A stretch of DNA of 32,000 nucleotides from Ignicoccus hospitalis KIN4/I (GTDB taxonomy: Archaea > Thermoproteota > Thermoprotei_A > Sulfolobales > Ignicoccaceae), in NCBI RefSeq assembly GCF_000017945.1, contig NC_009776.1, forward strand, positions 810,001-842,000. The letters are read 5' to 3'. Made by a program: the position numbers and the translations under genes. Under the pieces are notes generated by a model. That model ran no database searches. It saw only the letters and a list, made by a program, of their open reading frames with translations, and was not told where the DNA came from. This document shows positions 1 to 9,017 of this stretch, piece after piece; within the stretch, counting starts at the first letter, position 1; each line of letters begins with the position of its first letter.

Positions 1-663
1 CGTGTAAACTATCCTCTCGAACCGCGTCGCTATTACCTCTAGGGCCTTCCTCACCAAGTCAACGTAAATGGGGACCTCCTCCGGCGCAACCCTCTCCGGC
101 GGGTAGTCGTAGTGGGCGCTGGGGAAGTAGACGTCGAAGAACCTAGGGACTATAACTAAGGGCTCACTCATGACGAACCTCCAGACGTCGTTGCCGTACT
201 TGTTTATTATTGATTCTATCTTCTTGTACATGAAGCTGTCCCTGTAAGGCTTCACCTTCGAGCACGGGGTTATTAAGGCCACTTCCCCCGGGCCCATCTT
301 GTCCAACAAGTAGCTGAACAAGAACTCGTGGTAGTCCTTGACGGTCGGGTGTAGGAAGAGCCAGTCGCCCTCCAGAACCACCTCTCCGGGCGTCGCGTAC
401 ACCGTGTCCAGGTCGTACTCCCTCGCGAGGTAGAAGCCTATGGGAGTTACTACCTTAATTCCCTTAAAGTGTAAGTACTGGGGGTCCACTACCAGCGCCT
501 TGAGGGCTAAGTCTAGTTCCCTTTCATTTATCCTCTCATCATTCATTAAGGATTCTGCTATATTCACGAGTTCGTCCTTGTATTTTGATGCTGTCTCCTT
601 AGCCCTCCGCCACAGTTCCGCCCTGCACGCCTTCTTGTTGAGGCAAGCGACTAGGCTTTCCAC
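1..663 (-). CDS. DUF5591 / archaeosine synthase (ArcS)-like protein, truncated by the left window edge
   Basis: Manual reverse-strand translation from GTG at 663: VESLVACLNKKACRAELWRRAKETASKYKDELVNIAESLMNDERINERELDLALKAL...GEVALITPCSKVKPYRDSFMYKKIESIINKYG...FVMSEPLVIVPRFFDVYFPSAHYDYPP. It contains an ArcS-like PC-x3-KPY-x2-S motif and a PR...YP..HYDYP segment. ATG at 546 is an alternative start. Not in the supplied ORF list because it runs off the window. Confidence 0.7.
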   Translation of the reverse strand, partial: MESLVACLNKKACRAELWRRAKETASKYKDELVNIAESLMNDERINERELDLALKALVVDPQYLHFKGIKVVTPIGFYLAREYDLDTVYATPGEVVLEGDWLFLHPTVKDYHEFLFSYLLDKMGPGEVALITPCSKVKPYRDSFMYKKIESIINKYGNDVWRFVMSEPLVIVPRFFDVYFPSAHYDYPPERVAPEEVPIYVDLVRKALEVIATRFERIVYT

Positions 664-1543
664 GCCTTAACCCGTTGAGAGTATAGGCCAACGACCCTAT
701 CCTCCTAGAGAGGGATAGTGATACTATCAGTAGGACGAAAGTAGCACCAACCACCCCGACCTCCGGGACCCCCCACTCGCCCGAGATCGCGCACCCGAGC
801 CAGCCCACCAAGGCTCCGGAGGCGTAGGTGGCTTCGAAGTTCCTCTCCACTTCCCTCAGCCCGGACCTCAAGCTGAAGGTCGCCGGGAGGATTAACAGCA
901 CTTGAGAACTCAATAGGCCGACAGTAAACGAGGCGAAAGAAGTCCCCAAAACCATAAAGAAGAATAAGAGCCAAGCCCAGAGCAGAGGCCTCTTCGCAGT
1001 AACTTTGAGGTACTCGTAATCAAACATGACTGCGGCTAACTGTAGTTTAAACGCACTACCTACCAGCATAATTGTAATAGCTATCGCTGCTAAGAAGTAG
1101 GAGCTGAGCTCGTCTACGGTCCAAAGGGAGCCAGAAAGGGACATCATGGCTTGTGCGGCAGCTTCTGGGCTGGCGTAGGCCATGCCTATGCTGGCGAGTA
1201 TTAGGAGCGTCGCGACCGCTTCAGAAACCTCTTCCAAGCCCGAGCTCACGAACTTCTTCGCGAACACGAGAGCTATTATGGAACTGACCAGAACGTCCAA
1301 CACGAAGGCGTGAGCCACATCTATGGACAAGACGAACGAGGCTATAGATAAGAAGAAGCCCAATAAGACGGAGGCTAGAAAGGGGCTTACGAGGTCCATG
1401 CAGACCACGCTGCACCCGATGGCGCCAGAGAGGGACGCCAAGGAGAAGGTGGCCAAGGCCGTGGGTAGGGGGAGCGTGGCCAATAGTATAGTCGTAGCGA
1501 TGGCTATCTCCGTTATCATTTCTCTCCGCTCAGCGCTTCGCAC
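599..1543 (-). CDS. ABC-3-like (ZnuB/TroB-type) metal transporter permease
   Basis: Multi-TM protein with a segment VGLLSSQVLLILPATFSLRSG resembling the ABC-3 'LLILPAA.A' region; overlaps the 5' end of a TroA/ZnuA-like binding protein gene. Confidence 0.55.
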   Translation of the reverse strand: MRSAERREMITEIAIATTILLATLPLPTALATFSLASLSGAIGCSVVCMDLVSPFLASVLLGFFLSIASFVLSIDVAHAFVLDVLVSSIIALVFAKKFVSSGLEEVSEAVATLLILASIGMAYASPEAAAQAMMSLSGSLWTVDELSSYFLAAIAITIMLVGSAFKLQLAAVMFDYEYLKVTAKRPLLWAWLLFFFMVLGTSFASFTVGLLSSQVLLILPATFSLRSGLREVERNFEATYASGALVGWLGCAISGEWGVPEVGVVGATFVLLIVSLSLSRRIGSLAYTLNGLRRGKPSRLPQQEGVQGGTVAEG

Positions 1544-2349
1544 GTGAGCTTTAAGTATTCATGGAAGGTCTCTACGGGGGGGTTCAGCAAGTACACCTTC
1601 ACTACCGGCTTGCCCAGCCTGTGCGCTTGGGCTATCATGTACTTGGCGGCCGGCGTATTGGAGCTGACGTCAGAGACCACCAGCATGTCAGCGTCTTTGA
1701 GCGCTTCCACGCCCTTCTTCATTTGCAGCCCGCTGACGGAGGCAGGCCCCTTCTCCATCACTACGAACTTCGTGACGACGCCGAAGTTGTAGATTATGTA
1801 CTGTTCACCGGGCAACATCACGACCGCGCTCTTGTCCCCGGCGAAACACTCCTCTAGGATTTCTCTGGATTTCTTAAGTTCCTCTATGAAGGAGTTAACG
1901 TACTTGGCACAGGAGCTCGGCTCAACCTCGCACGCGTGGGCGCTCACTTGGGACATCAGCAAGAACGCGTTAGGGGCGTAGAGCCACCAACCGTGGGGGT
2001 TCAAGTCCCCGTTGGGTAGCCTTAATATCGCGAAGCCAAGCTTGCTTAAGGCGGCCCCGGGAGTGCCGGGCACCGGCTCGGGAACGTTGCCGGCGCCCCT
2101 CCTCTCGGCCAACTGCCTCTCGAAGGGCCAGTGGACCGTGTTGACGAACACGTCCGCTCGAAGCGCTTCCTCTATTTGAGCGGCGGTGGGCTTCCAGAAC
2201 AGCGGCGAGGCCCCCGGGGGGACCAGGTAAGTCACCTCACCTACCACGGGCTTCACTACAATTGCTAGCGACTTCACTGTGGCTACCACGCTCAACGGAA
2301 AAACCGCTTGGGCAAGTAAGAGAGCTGCTACGAACGCCTTTCTCATCAT
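1516..2349 (-). CDS. TroA/ZnuA-like substrate-binding protein of an ABC transporter
   Basis: Signal peptide-like N-terminus, then VKSLAIVVKPVVGEVTYLVPPGASPLFWKPTAAQIEEALRADVFV and NPHGWWLYAPNA, matching the cluster A-1 binding-protein architecture. Confidence 0.7.
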   Translation of the reverse strand: MMRKAFVAALLLAQAVFPLSVVATVKSLAIVVKPVVGEVTYLVPPGASPLFWKPTAAQIEEALRADVFVNTVHWPFERQLAERRGAGNVPEPVPGTPGAALSKLGFAILRLPNGDLNPHGWWLYAPNAFLLMSQVSAHACEVEPSSCAKYVNSFIEELKKSREILEECFAGDKSAVVMLPGEQYIIYNFGVVTKFVVMEKGPASVSGLQMKKGVEALKDADMLVVSDVSSNTPAAKYMIAQAHRLGKPVVKVYLLNPPVETFHEYLKLTCEALSGEK

Positions 2350-2771
2350 GGAGATTTGCCCAGGTGAAGGAGCATCTTGAGGGCGTCTTTAAGTATTTCT
2401 GCATGGTCGAAGGCCAGGTCCTCCCAAGGTACCTCCGACAGCTCGAACCACTTGGCCTCCGCTGCGTCCGTAGACGCTTTGGGCTCTAAGTTGCCCTTCG
2501 GCGCGGCCAAGAAGGCCACGCTGACGTAGTGCCCCCTCGGGTCTCTGTTGGGGTCGGAGTAGACCGACACTAAAGTTACCAGTTCAGCCTCTATCCCGGT
2601 CTCCTCCTTGAGCTCTCTCAGGGCCGCTTCCTCCACGCGCTCTCCGCACTCCACCCTGCCCCCGGGCAAGGCCCACTTGCCCTTGAAGGGCTCGGCCCCC
2701 CTCTTAACGAGCAAGACCTTTCCTTCGTGAAATACTACCACGTCCACCGTGAGCACCGGGCAGCACTCCAA
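2346..2771 (-). CDS. NUDIX hydrolase
   Basis: Nudix box GGRVECGERVEEAALRELKEETGI (GX5EX7REUXEEXGU). TTG start; TATA-like CAATAAAAC about 26 nt upstream (2795-2803, minus strand). Confidence 0.93.
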   Translation of the reverse strand: MECCPVLTVDVVVFHEGKVLLVKRGAEPFKGKWALPGGRVECGERVEEAALRELKEETGIEAELVTLVSVYSDPNRDPRGHYVSVAFLAAPKGNLEPKASTDAAEAKWFELSEVPWEDLAFDHAEILKDALKMLLHLGKSP

Positions 2772-2868
2772 GCGCGTACCCTCGCGCTAGATGGGTCAAG
2801 CGTTTTATTGAGCGGAGCCCTCAAGGCCTGTCAAAAACGGCCCCTCCGAGCCGGCGCGGGGCCCAACT

Positions 2869-4206
2869 TTGGAGAGCTTGGAGAGGCTTTACGACGCGCT
2901 GGAGCGCGACGAGCTCAACGCTTTCATAACCTTGCGCCCCCGCGAGGAAGTCCTCAGAGAGGCGAGGTCCCTGCTGGAGAGGGGCCTGAGGCCAAAGCCC
3001 GTCACGATCAAGGACAACATAAGCACGAAGGGAATTAGGACCACCGCGGGCTCCTTAATGCTGAAGGATTACGTACCTCCCTTCGACGCGACCGTAATTA
3101 AGAGGTTAAAGGAGAGAGGCTACGTAATAGTAGGAAAGACCAACATGGACGAGTTCGGAATGGGCAGCACCGGTGAGAACAGCGCCTTCGGGCCCACCAA
3201 GAACCCCTTGGACCCGGCCAAAGTGCCGGGGGGCTCTTCCTCGGGGGCCGGCGCGGCCGCTAGGAGGTACTCCCTCCCGGGGCTGGGGAGCGACACGGGG
3301 GGCTCAGTAAGGGCTCCGGCGGCTTGGTGCTCCGCCTTCGGCTTGAAGCCCACCTACGGGGCGGTCTCGCGTTACGGGCTTATCCCCTACGCGGACTCGC
3401 TCGAGCAGATCTCCCCCATAGGCCCCACCGTCAAGAGCGTCGAGGAGCTCTTGGACGTTATAGCCGGTTACGACGAGATGGACGGGACGACCGTGAAACG
3501 GGAGCTGCGTGTGAAGGGCTGTAGCGAGAAGGGGGTGGAGGGCCTAAAGCTCTTCGTCCCGTCTAACGCTCTGGAATACGTCGATAACGACGTCAAAGCT
3601 GAGTTCAACGCCGCCTTGAGGAAGTTGAGCTCCGAGGGGGCAGAAGTAGAGGAGGGCCAGCTGCCCGAGCTCGAGGCCGCCTTGCCGGCGTACTACACAA
3701 TAGCTATGGCGGAGGCGTCCAGCAACCTGTCCCGGTACGACGGCATAAGGTACGGCCTAAGGGACGAAGACCTCCCGCCCATAACTGAGAACTTCTACGA
3801 GTACGTCTCGGAGGTACGCGGGAAGTACTTCGGCTGGGAGGTGAAGAGGAGGATAGTCGCCGGCGCGACGGTGCTCTCCGCCGGTTACAGCGAGGAGCTG
3901 TACTTGAAGGCTTTGAAGGCTAGGAGGAAGATAAGCGAACGCATATACGAGATAACCGAGGAAAGGCTCATAGTTACCCCCACCATGCCGGTCAAGCCGC
4001 CTAGCCTGGCCTCGGCCAGGTCGCCCAAGGAGCTCTTCGCAATGGACGTCTTAACGGTCTTCGCCAACCTCGCGGGCGTGCCCGCGGGGAGCGCGCCGGT
4101 GGGCGAGGGAGTGGGCCTCCAAGTGGTGGGACCGAGGTGGGGCGAGTGCGAGGTGTTGAGGGTTATGGGGACCTTCGAGAGGAAGGTTGACGCGCCGTGG
4201 CTTTAG
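2869..4206 (+). CDS. gatA: Aspartyl/glutamyl-tRNA(Asn/Gln) amidotransferase subunit A
   Basis: Amidase signature: VTIKDNISTKGIRTTAGS, PGGSSSGAGAAARRYSLPGLGSDTGGSVRAPAAWCSAFGLKPTYGAVSRYGLIPYADSLEQISPIG; full-length 445 aa; TTG start. Confidence 0.93.
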   Translation: MESLERLYDALERDELNAFITLRPREEVLREARSLLERGLRPKPVTIKDNISTKGIRTTAGSLMLKDYVPPFDATVIKRLKERGYVIVGKTNMDEFGMGSTGENSAFGPTKNPLDPAKVPGGSSSGAGAAARRYSLPGLGSDTGGSVRAPAAWCSAFGLKPTYGAVSRYGLIPYADSLEQISPIGPTVKSVEELLDVIAGYDEMDGTTVKRELRVKGCSEKGVEGLKLFVPSNALEYVDNDVKAEFNAALRKLSSEGAEVEEGQLPELEAALPAYYTIAMAEASSNLSRYDGIRYGLRDEDLPPITENFYEYVSEVRGKYFGWEVKRRIVAGATVLSAGYSEELYLKALKARRKISERIYEITEERLIVTPTMPVKPPSLASARSPKELFAMDVLTVFANLAGVPAGSAPVGEGVGLQVVGPRWGECEVLRVMGTFERKVDAPWL

Positions 4207-4227
4207 GCTCTCCACTTAAAGGTCCGG

Positions 4228-4698
4228 TCACCCCTCCCCGAGTACAGCCCCAGTCATCGCCGCGACACACCTCATAGCCTCCCTTAAAGCCTTCTTGTGG
4301 GCCCTCTCCACGTGAAGGCCCAAGCTCGCCCCGACCACGGCCCTCTTCAGCTCCCTCCTCCCTACGGCCTCCGGCAAGAACGCTAAGGAGCCCAAGTCGA
4401 GCAGCTCTATGAACGCCAGAGAGGGCGAGCTCTCGAGCTCCCTCAAGGCCACTTCTATCGCGTTGAACAAGGTCTCCGCCTCCCTGGGCGACCGGTCCCT
4501 CTCGGCCTCCACGAGCCTCTCGACGTCGTCCTTGGCGGCGTCCAACCAGTAGGAGCCGTATTCTTGTACGTACTTAACTGCGACCGCTATCGTCTGGAGG
4601 GCGTTCTTGCACGCGTGGTAGAGCGCGAGCTCGAACGGGAGCTCGTTATACGGCTCCAGGGGGACTTGAGTTAGAGAGCGCTTGAGGCCCAACAGCAT
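4228..4698 (-). CDS. Hypothetical protein, predicted mostly helical
   Basis: 156-aa uninterrupted ORF, convergent with gatA, protein-like composition; no family recognised. Confidence 0.6.
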   Translation of the reverse strand: MLLGLKRSLTQVPLEPYNELPFELALYHACKNALQTIAVAVKYVQEYGSYWLDAAKDDVERLVEAERDRSPREAETLFNAIEVALRELESSPSLAFIELLDLGSLAFLPEAVGRRELKRAVVGASLGLHVERAHKKALREAMRCVAAMTGAVLGEG

Positions 4699-4808
4699 GC
4701 TCTCGCAAAGCTTACTACTTGAGGTTTATCGGGTTTTTACTTATATAATAAGCTTTTGTTCTCCGGCCTCCTTTTAACGCTCCATGGCGCGCCGAGAGGG
4801 GGCCGAAC

Positions 4809-5492
4809 TTGGAGGGCTTCGCCTACGGGAAAAAGACGTTATTAATTTCCTTACTCAGCACCACGGCGTTCGCAGCGGTCCTATCCTTTTTCCCCCAGTA
4901 CTACGTCTACTTAATACTGGCATACTTCGTAATAATGCCAATTATAATGGTAAAGTTTATGTCAAAGCAGATCAAGGAGATGAGGGCCCCGGGGAGCGGC
5001 AAGACCCTAATGGAGGAGGACGCCAAGGAGCTCTTCGACAAGGACCCCCAAGGAGACATAATACTGAAGGCGCAGATGAAGCAGAACGCGCTAGGGATGG
5101 TACCATTCCTAATATTAATAGCTCTAGCTTTCACTTTGTGGCCAGCCATACTGCATTTGGAAGAGCCTTGGCTCCGCTTTATAGCAATATTCGCTTACTT
5201 CGAGAGCTACACCCTGCTGAACTACTTCTTGAACAAGTATAACTTAAAGAATATGAAGAAGGTGCCGAGACCCGTGTATCAATACAAGGTAACGGATAAG
5301 GGTATCCAAATCAAGCCCTTCGGCGGCATAACCTTCCCGCTCAAAGGGTATTCGATAAAGTTGGTCAAGGAGAGCAGCGCAGTTGACTTGGTGTCTAAGG
5401 AGGACGGCAAGCCCAGCTACCGGCTCTACGCTAAGGAGCCCGAAAGGCTTTACGACGTCTTGCGGAGGCTAGGCGGGGTTGAAGAAGCTTAA
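4809..5492 (+). CDS. Archaeal membrane protein, DUF2208-like
   Basis: N-terminal TM pair, central TM pair, C-terminal soluble domain (FGGITFPLKGYSIKLV...YRLYAKEPERLYDVLRRLG). TTG start preceded by GAGAGGGGG. Confidence 0.6.
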   Translation: MEGFAYGKKTLLISLLSTTAFAAVLSFFPQYYVYLILAYFVIMPIIMVKFMSKQIKEMRAPGSGKTLMEEDAKELFDKDPQGDIILKAQMKQNALGMVPFLILIALAFTLWPAILHLEEPWLRFIAIFAYFESYTLLNYFLNKYNLKNMKKVPRPVYQYKVTDKGIQIKPFGGITFPLKGYSIKLVKESSAVDLVSKEDGKPSYRLYAKEPERLYDVLRRLGGVEEA

Positions 5493-6108
5493 GGTCATAC
5501 TGCTCGAGTCCCCCCTAGAGCTGGCGCCTCCCTCTTGGCCCTACGGGCCGCTGATAGACAAGAGGTACCACTACCACAAGCTCTCCGCCTTTACGAGGAA
5601 GTGGAAGAGGGGGAGGCCGGACATAGTCCACACGACGCTGCTGGTCTTACTGGACTCGCTGTTAAACGCCAACGGCAGCTTGGAAGTGTACGTACATACC
5701 TTAGACGGCAAGGTTTACTACGTGAGCCCCGAGGAGAGGCTCCCCAAGCACTACGACGCCTTCAAGCAGATAATGGCCCAGCTCCTCCAGCGAGGCAAGG
5801 TCCCTCCCGAGGGGGAGCCGCTCATGTGGCTCGCGTACGAGAGCCTCTCGGACTTCGTGAAGGAACACGGAAAAATCATCCTGCTGTGGGAAAAGGGAGA
5901 GCCGAGGAGGTTCAAGGAAATAGCCTCAGAAGCCTTGGAGACCGGGGCCCCCGTGGGCATAGGCGCCTTCCCGAGGGGAGATTTCGAGAAGAGTACCTTG
6001 AGGAAGTCCGCTAAGAGGTACTCCGTGTTCGGCGGGAGGCCGTTGAAGGCTTGGACCGTAGCCTATAAGTTGGTGTGCGCAGCCGAAGAGCTCCTAGGGC
6101 TGGAATAA
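5479..6108 (+). CDS. nep1: Ribosome biogenesis protein / 16S rRNA pseudouridine N1-methyltransferase Nep1 (Emg1)
   Basis: RPDIVHTTLLVLLDSLLNANGSLEVYVHTLDGKVYYVSPEERLPKHYDAFKQIMAQLL and the C-terminal GAFPRGDF motif match the Nep1/EMG1 SPOUT family. Confidence 0.9.
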   Translation: MKKLKVILLESPLELAPPSWPYGPLIDKRYHYHKLSAFTRKWKRGRPDIVHTTLLVLLDSLLNANGSLEVYVHTLDGKVYYVSPEERLPKHYDAFKQIMAQLLQRGKVPPEGEPLMWLAYESLSDFVKEHGKIILLWEKGEPRRFKEIASEALETGAPVGIGAFPRGDFEKSTLRKSAKRYSVFGGRPLKAWTVAYKLVCAAEELLGLE

Positions 6109-6144
6109 TACCTCAAGCCCCTCCGATAGCTGGGGGTCCGAGCT

Positions 6145-6570
6145 TTGGGCGTGGCCTACTTGTTCGTCTACGGCACGCTCATGCGCGGCTGCCCGCTTCA
6201 CGACGCGCTCAAGGAGGCGGGCGCGACGTTCGCCTCCCTCGCGGTCACCGCGGACCGCCACGCGCTCTACGAGGTTAGGTCCGGCAACGAGCGCTACCCG
6301 GCGATGTTGTTGGGCGGGGGAGAGCACTACGTTGCTGGGGAGCTCTACTTGATCCCCGAGGAGGGCTTGGATAAGTTGGACGTACTCGAAGGCGTCGTCG
6401 AGGGCGAGTACAAGAGGGAGAAGGTCAGAGTGAAGAGGGAGGACACGGGCCAAGTGGTGGAGGCTTACGCTTACGTGATAGATCCAGAGTTCCTCGAGAA
6501 GCTGATTTTGGAGGGGAGGGCGAAGTTGGTCACGTCCCTAGAAGGGGACTTAGTGCGCTGGAAGTGCTAA
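6145..6570 (+). CDS. Gamma-glutamylcyclotransferase-like (GGCT/AIG2) family protein
   Basis: FVYGTLMRGCPLHDAL...YPAMLLGGGEHYVAGELYLIPEEGLDKLDVLEGV; TTG start. Confidence 0.85.
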   Translation: MGVAYLFVYGTLMRGCPLHDALKEAGATFASLAVTADRHALYEVRSGNERYPAMLLGGGEHYVAGELYLIPEEGLDKLDVLEGVVEGEYKREKVRVKREDTGQVVEAYAYVIDPEFLEKLILEGRAKLVTSLEGDLVRWKC

Positions 6571-6603
6571 AACCCTTACGCCGGACGCGCAACGGGCACG
6601 GCC

Positions 6604-6975
6604 TTGAAGGCGCTGGTCTGGGTCGCCGTAGGGGGCGCTCTGGGAGCCATAGTGAGGTACTTCTTCTACAAGTTCGTCCCCCAGGTCTATGACTTCCCCC
6701 TAGCCACCTTTTTGGTAAACGTAGTTGCGAGCTTTTTGCTCGGCTTCATTATCGGCGCGTTCGAGGCCAAGCCTTGGGGACAGCAGCTGAAGCTCGCCCT
6801 CGCCACAGGCTTCTGCGGGGCGTTGAGCACCTTCTCCACCTTCGCTGCTGATAACTACATCTTATTGAGGAGTTCCAAGTACATAACTGCCTTCGTTTAC
6901 ACTGCGGTCAGCGTGGGCTTGGGCATAGTCTCGGTCGCTCTGGGGGAGGACTTGGCTCAGCGCTTGCTCAAGTAG
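6604..6975 (+). CDS. crcB: CrcB/Fluc fluoride channel
   Basis: GGALGAIVRYFFYKF, NVVASFLLGFIIG and GFCGALSTFSTFAAD; 4-TM, 123 aa; TTG start. Confidence 0.93.
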   Translation: MKALVWVAVGGALGAIVRYFFYKFVPQVYDFPLATFLVNVVASFLLGFIIGAFEAKPWGQQLKLALATGFCGALSTFSTFAADNYILLRSSKYITAFVYTAVSVGLGIVSVALGEDLAQRLLK

Positions 6976-7223
6976 TACAAGATCCTATTCTTTAGGGGTA
7001 AGCTGGCCCACCGGGGGCCTTCGACCCAGAGCTTCTCGCCGTCGTACTTCACCATCAGCCTCTTCTTCCCCTCCGAGTTCTCCAAGGTACAGTAGGTTAT
7101 GATCTTGTTAACCTTTACTAGCGTTCTCTCAATCCTTATGTAGCCTATCTTCCCCCTCAAGTCCCTTCCGGCCCTCTCGAGCGCCTCTAGGTACTCCTCT
7201 ACCTCTTTCCGCGTGAAGGGCAA
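6957..7223 (-). CDS. Hypothetical protein
   Basis: 88-aa ORF filling the gap between convergent crcB and the divergent DUF2192-like gene; TTG start; no family recognised. Confidence 0.5.
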   Translation of the reverse strand: MPFTRKEVEEYLEALERAGRDLRGKIGYIRIERTLVKVNKIITYCTLENSEGKKRLMVKYDGEKLWVEGPRWASLPLKNRILYYLSKR

Positions 7224-7279
7224 GGACTTCCCGGCGGAGTAAAGACCTCGGGACGTTACAAAAGCTCCGGGGTCGGATT

Positions 7280-7963
7280 GTGGTCCACCGGAAGCGCGTG
7301 GAGGTCGTGACCGACTTGATAGCGGAGGCTTTGGAGGAGGGCTGGGACAGGGAAAGGCTCAAGAAGGAGATGTACAAGAGGTACGAAGAACACGGCATAT
7401 CTCCCCTGAGGGGCATCGCCCTCCCCCCAGACATATTGGACAAAGAACTGGCCACTGTGTACGTGATATCCAAGTACGGCTTAGGTCTGGACGAGGAGTT
7501 GCGAGACCTGTTAGAGTTCGAGAGGAAGCTCGAGAGGGCTGCGGAAGCTATCCTCGAGAAGGGTAAGGACGCGAGGGAGCAAGTGACCTCGGAGCTCGGG
7601 CCTATAGACAGCAACTTGCTCTCCAGGATATTCAGAGTGGTCTTCACTTCAGTAGTGCTCGGGTTCAAAGACGAAGAGGAGCTCATAAGGCTCTTGCACA
7701 GAGCGTTGGAAACGTTCCCCGACATGGAGAATACGATAAGGAAGTACGCCAGGTTCTACGTAGCCTTTAGGGTTGCAGAAGCTATAGCGAAAGGGGAAGT
7801 TAGGAGTAGGATGGAAAAGGAGGCCTTGAAACAGTCCTTAGCGTTGAGAGTCGGGCTTCCAAAAGTAATTCCGGACGACAACTACATCTACAAGATAGCG
7901 AAAGAAGTCTTCAAAATCCCCGAGGAGAGGCTCCGTAAGGTCCTCAAGGTCAAGGAGGGGTGA
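7280..7963 (+). CDS. Crenarchaeal DUF2192-like protein
   Basis: 227-aa soluble, helical protein (KRYEEHGISPLRGIALPPDILDKELATVYVISKYGLG...); lies directly upstream of cbf5; GTG start. Confidence 0.65.
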   Translation: MVHRKRVEVVTDLIAEALEEGWDRERLKKEMYKRYEEHGISPLRGIALPPDILDKELATVYVISKYGLGLDEELRDLLEFERKLERAAEAILEKGKDAREQVTSELGPIDSNLLSRIFRVVFTSVVLGFKDEEELIRLLHRALETFPDMENTIRKYARFYVAFRVAEAIAKGEVRSRMEKEALKQSLALRVGLPKVIPDDNYIYKIAKEVFKIPEERLRKVLKVKEG

Positions 7964-7967
7964 CGAG

Positions 7968-9017
7968 GTGAAGGAGGCGCTCGAGTGGTACGAAGAGATG
8001 CACCGGAAGTGCGACTTCCGCGGGAAGTGGGTGATTAGGGAGGAGGCGGAGACCGACCCCAAGTACGGCAAGGAGCCGTGGAAGAGGGACGTGAAGGAGC
8101 TGGTGGAGCTCGGCGTGGTGAACTTGGACAAGCCGCCCGGCCCGACCTCCCACGAGGTGGTGGCGTGGATAAAGAGGATGTTCGGGTTGGAGAGGGCCGG
8201 CCACGGGGGGACCCTCGACCCCAAGGTAACCGGCGTCCTGCCGGTGGCCCTAGCGGAGGCAACTAAGGTCATCCACTACGTGATGCTCTCTGGCAAAGAG
8301 TACGTGATGGTGATACAGTTCCACGACGCCGTTAAGGAAGAGGAGGTCATCGAGAACTTGAAGTACTTGGTGGGGGAGATATACCAAAGGCCCCCTCTGA
8401 GGAGCAGCGTTAAGAGGCAGTTGAGAACCAAGAAGGTGTATTACATACACGTCTTGGAGTTCTGGCCCGAGAGGAGGATGGCCTTAGTGAGGGTCGGCTC
8501 GGAGAGCGGAACTTACATGAGAAAGCTCGCCCACGACTTGGGCTTGCTCGTGGGAACGGGGGCCCACATGAGGGAGCTCAGGAGGACCCGGAGCGGCCCC
8601 TTCCACGAGGATTGGAACTTGGTTCGGATGCAAGACTTAAGCGAGGCTAAATTCTTATACGACAACTACGGCGACGACAGCCTCTTGAAGAAGTATATAA
8701 TGCCTTGTGAAGTAGCCACTTGTCATATGCCAAAGATAATGATCAAGGACGGCGCTGTGGACGCGGTGGCCCACGGCGCCAACGTCTCGATAAGGGGCGT
8801 TGCGGCGCTCACCGACAACATGAAGAAGGGGGACGTAGTGGCGGTGGTTAGCCTAAAGGGGGAGCTAGTGGCAATAGCACAAGCTCTGGTCTCTTCGCAA
8901 GAGGCCTTAAAAATGGAGAAGGGTTGGGTGGCGAAGACCAAGAGAGTGATAATGAAGCCCGGAACGTACCCGGACGTTTGGAGGAAGAAGAAGGCCTCAC
9001 AGCAAGAAGGGGGCTAA
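7968..9017 (+). CDS. cbf5: tRNA/rRNA pseudouridine synthase Cbf5 (H/ACA RNP catalytic subunit)
   Basis: GVVNLDKPPGPTSHEVVAWIKRMFGLERAGHGGTLDPKVTGVLPVAL, YQRPPLRSSVKRQLRTK, and a C-terminal PUA-like region. Confidence 0.95.
   Translation: MKEALEWYEEMHRKCDFRGKWVIREEAETDPKYGKEPWKRDVKELVELGVVNLDKPPGPTSHEVVAWIKRMFGLERAGHGGTLDPKVTGVLPVALAEATKVIHYVMLSGKEYVMVIQFHDAVKEEEVIENLKYLVGEIYQRPPLRSSVKRQLRTKKVYYIHVLEFWPERRMALVRVGSESGTYMRKLAHDLGLLVGTGAHMRELRRTRSGPFHEDWNLVRMQDLSEAKFLYDNYGDDSLLKKYIMPCEVATCHMPKIMIKDGAVDAVAHGANVSIRGVAALTDNMKKGDVVAVVSLKGELVAIAQALVSSQEALKMEKGWVAKTKRVIMKPGTYPDVWRKKKASQQEGG

Noticed and set aside
8035-8262. Numerous antisense and alternative-frame ORFs inside cbf5, gatA, leuC, lig, LeuRS-like, aminotransferase and other genes (for example 15194..15454, 17981..18469, 25258..25971)
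   Set aside because: Low-complexity Pro/Arg/Gly/Ser-rich translations and complete overlap with strongly supported genes; typical shadow ORFs of high-GC DNA.
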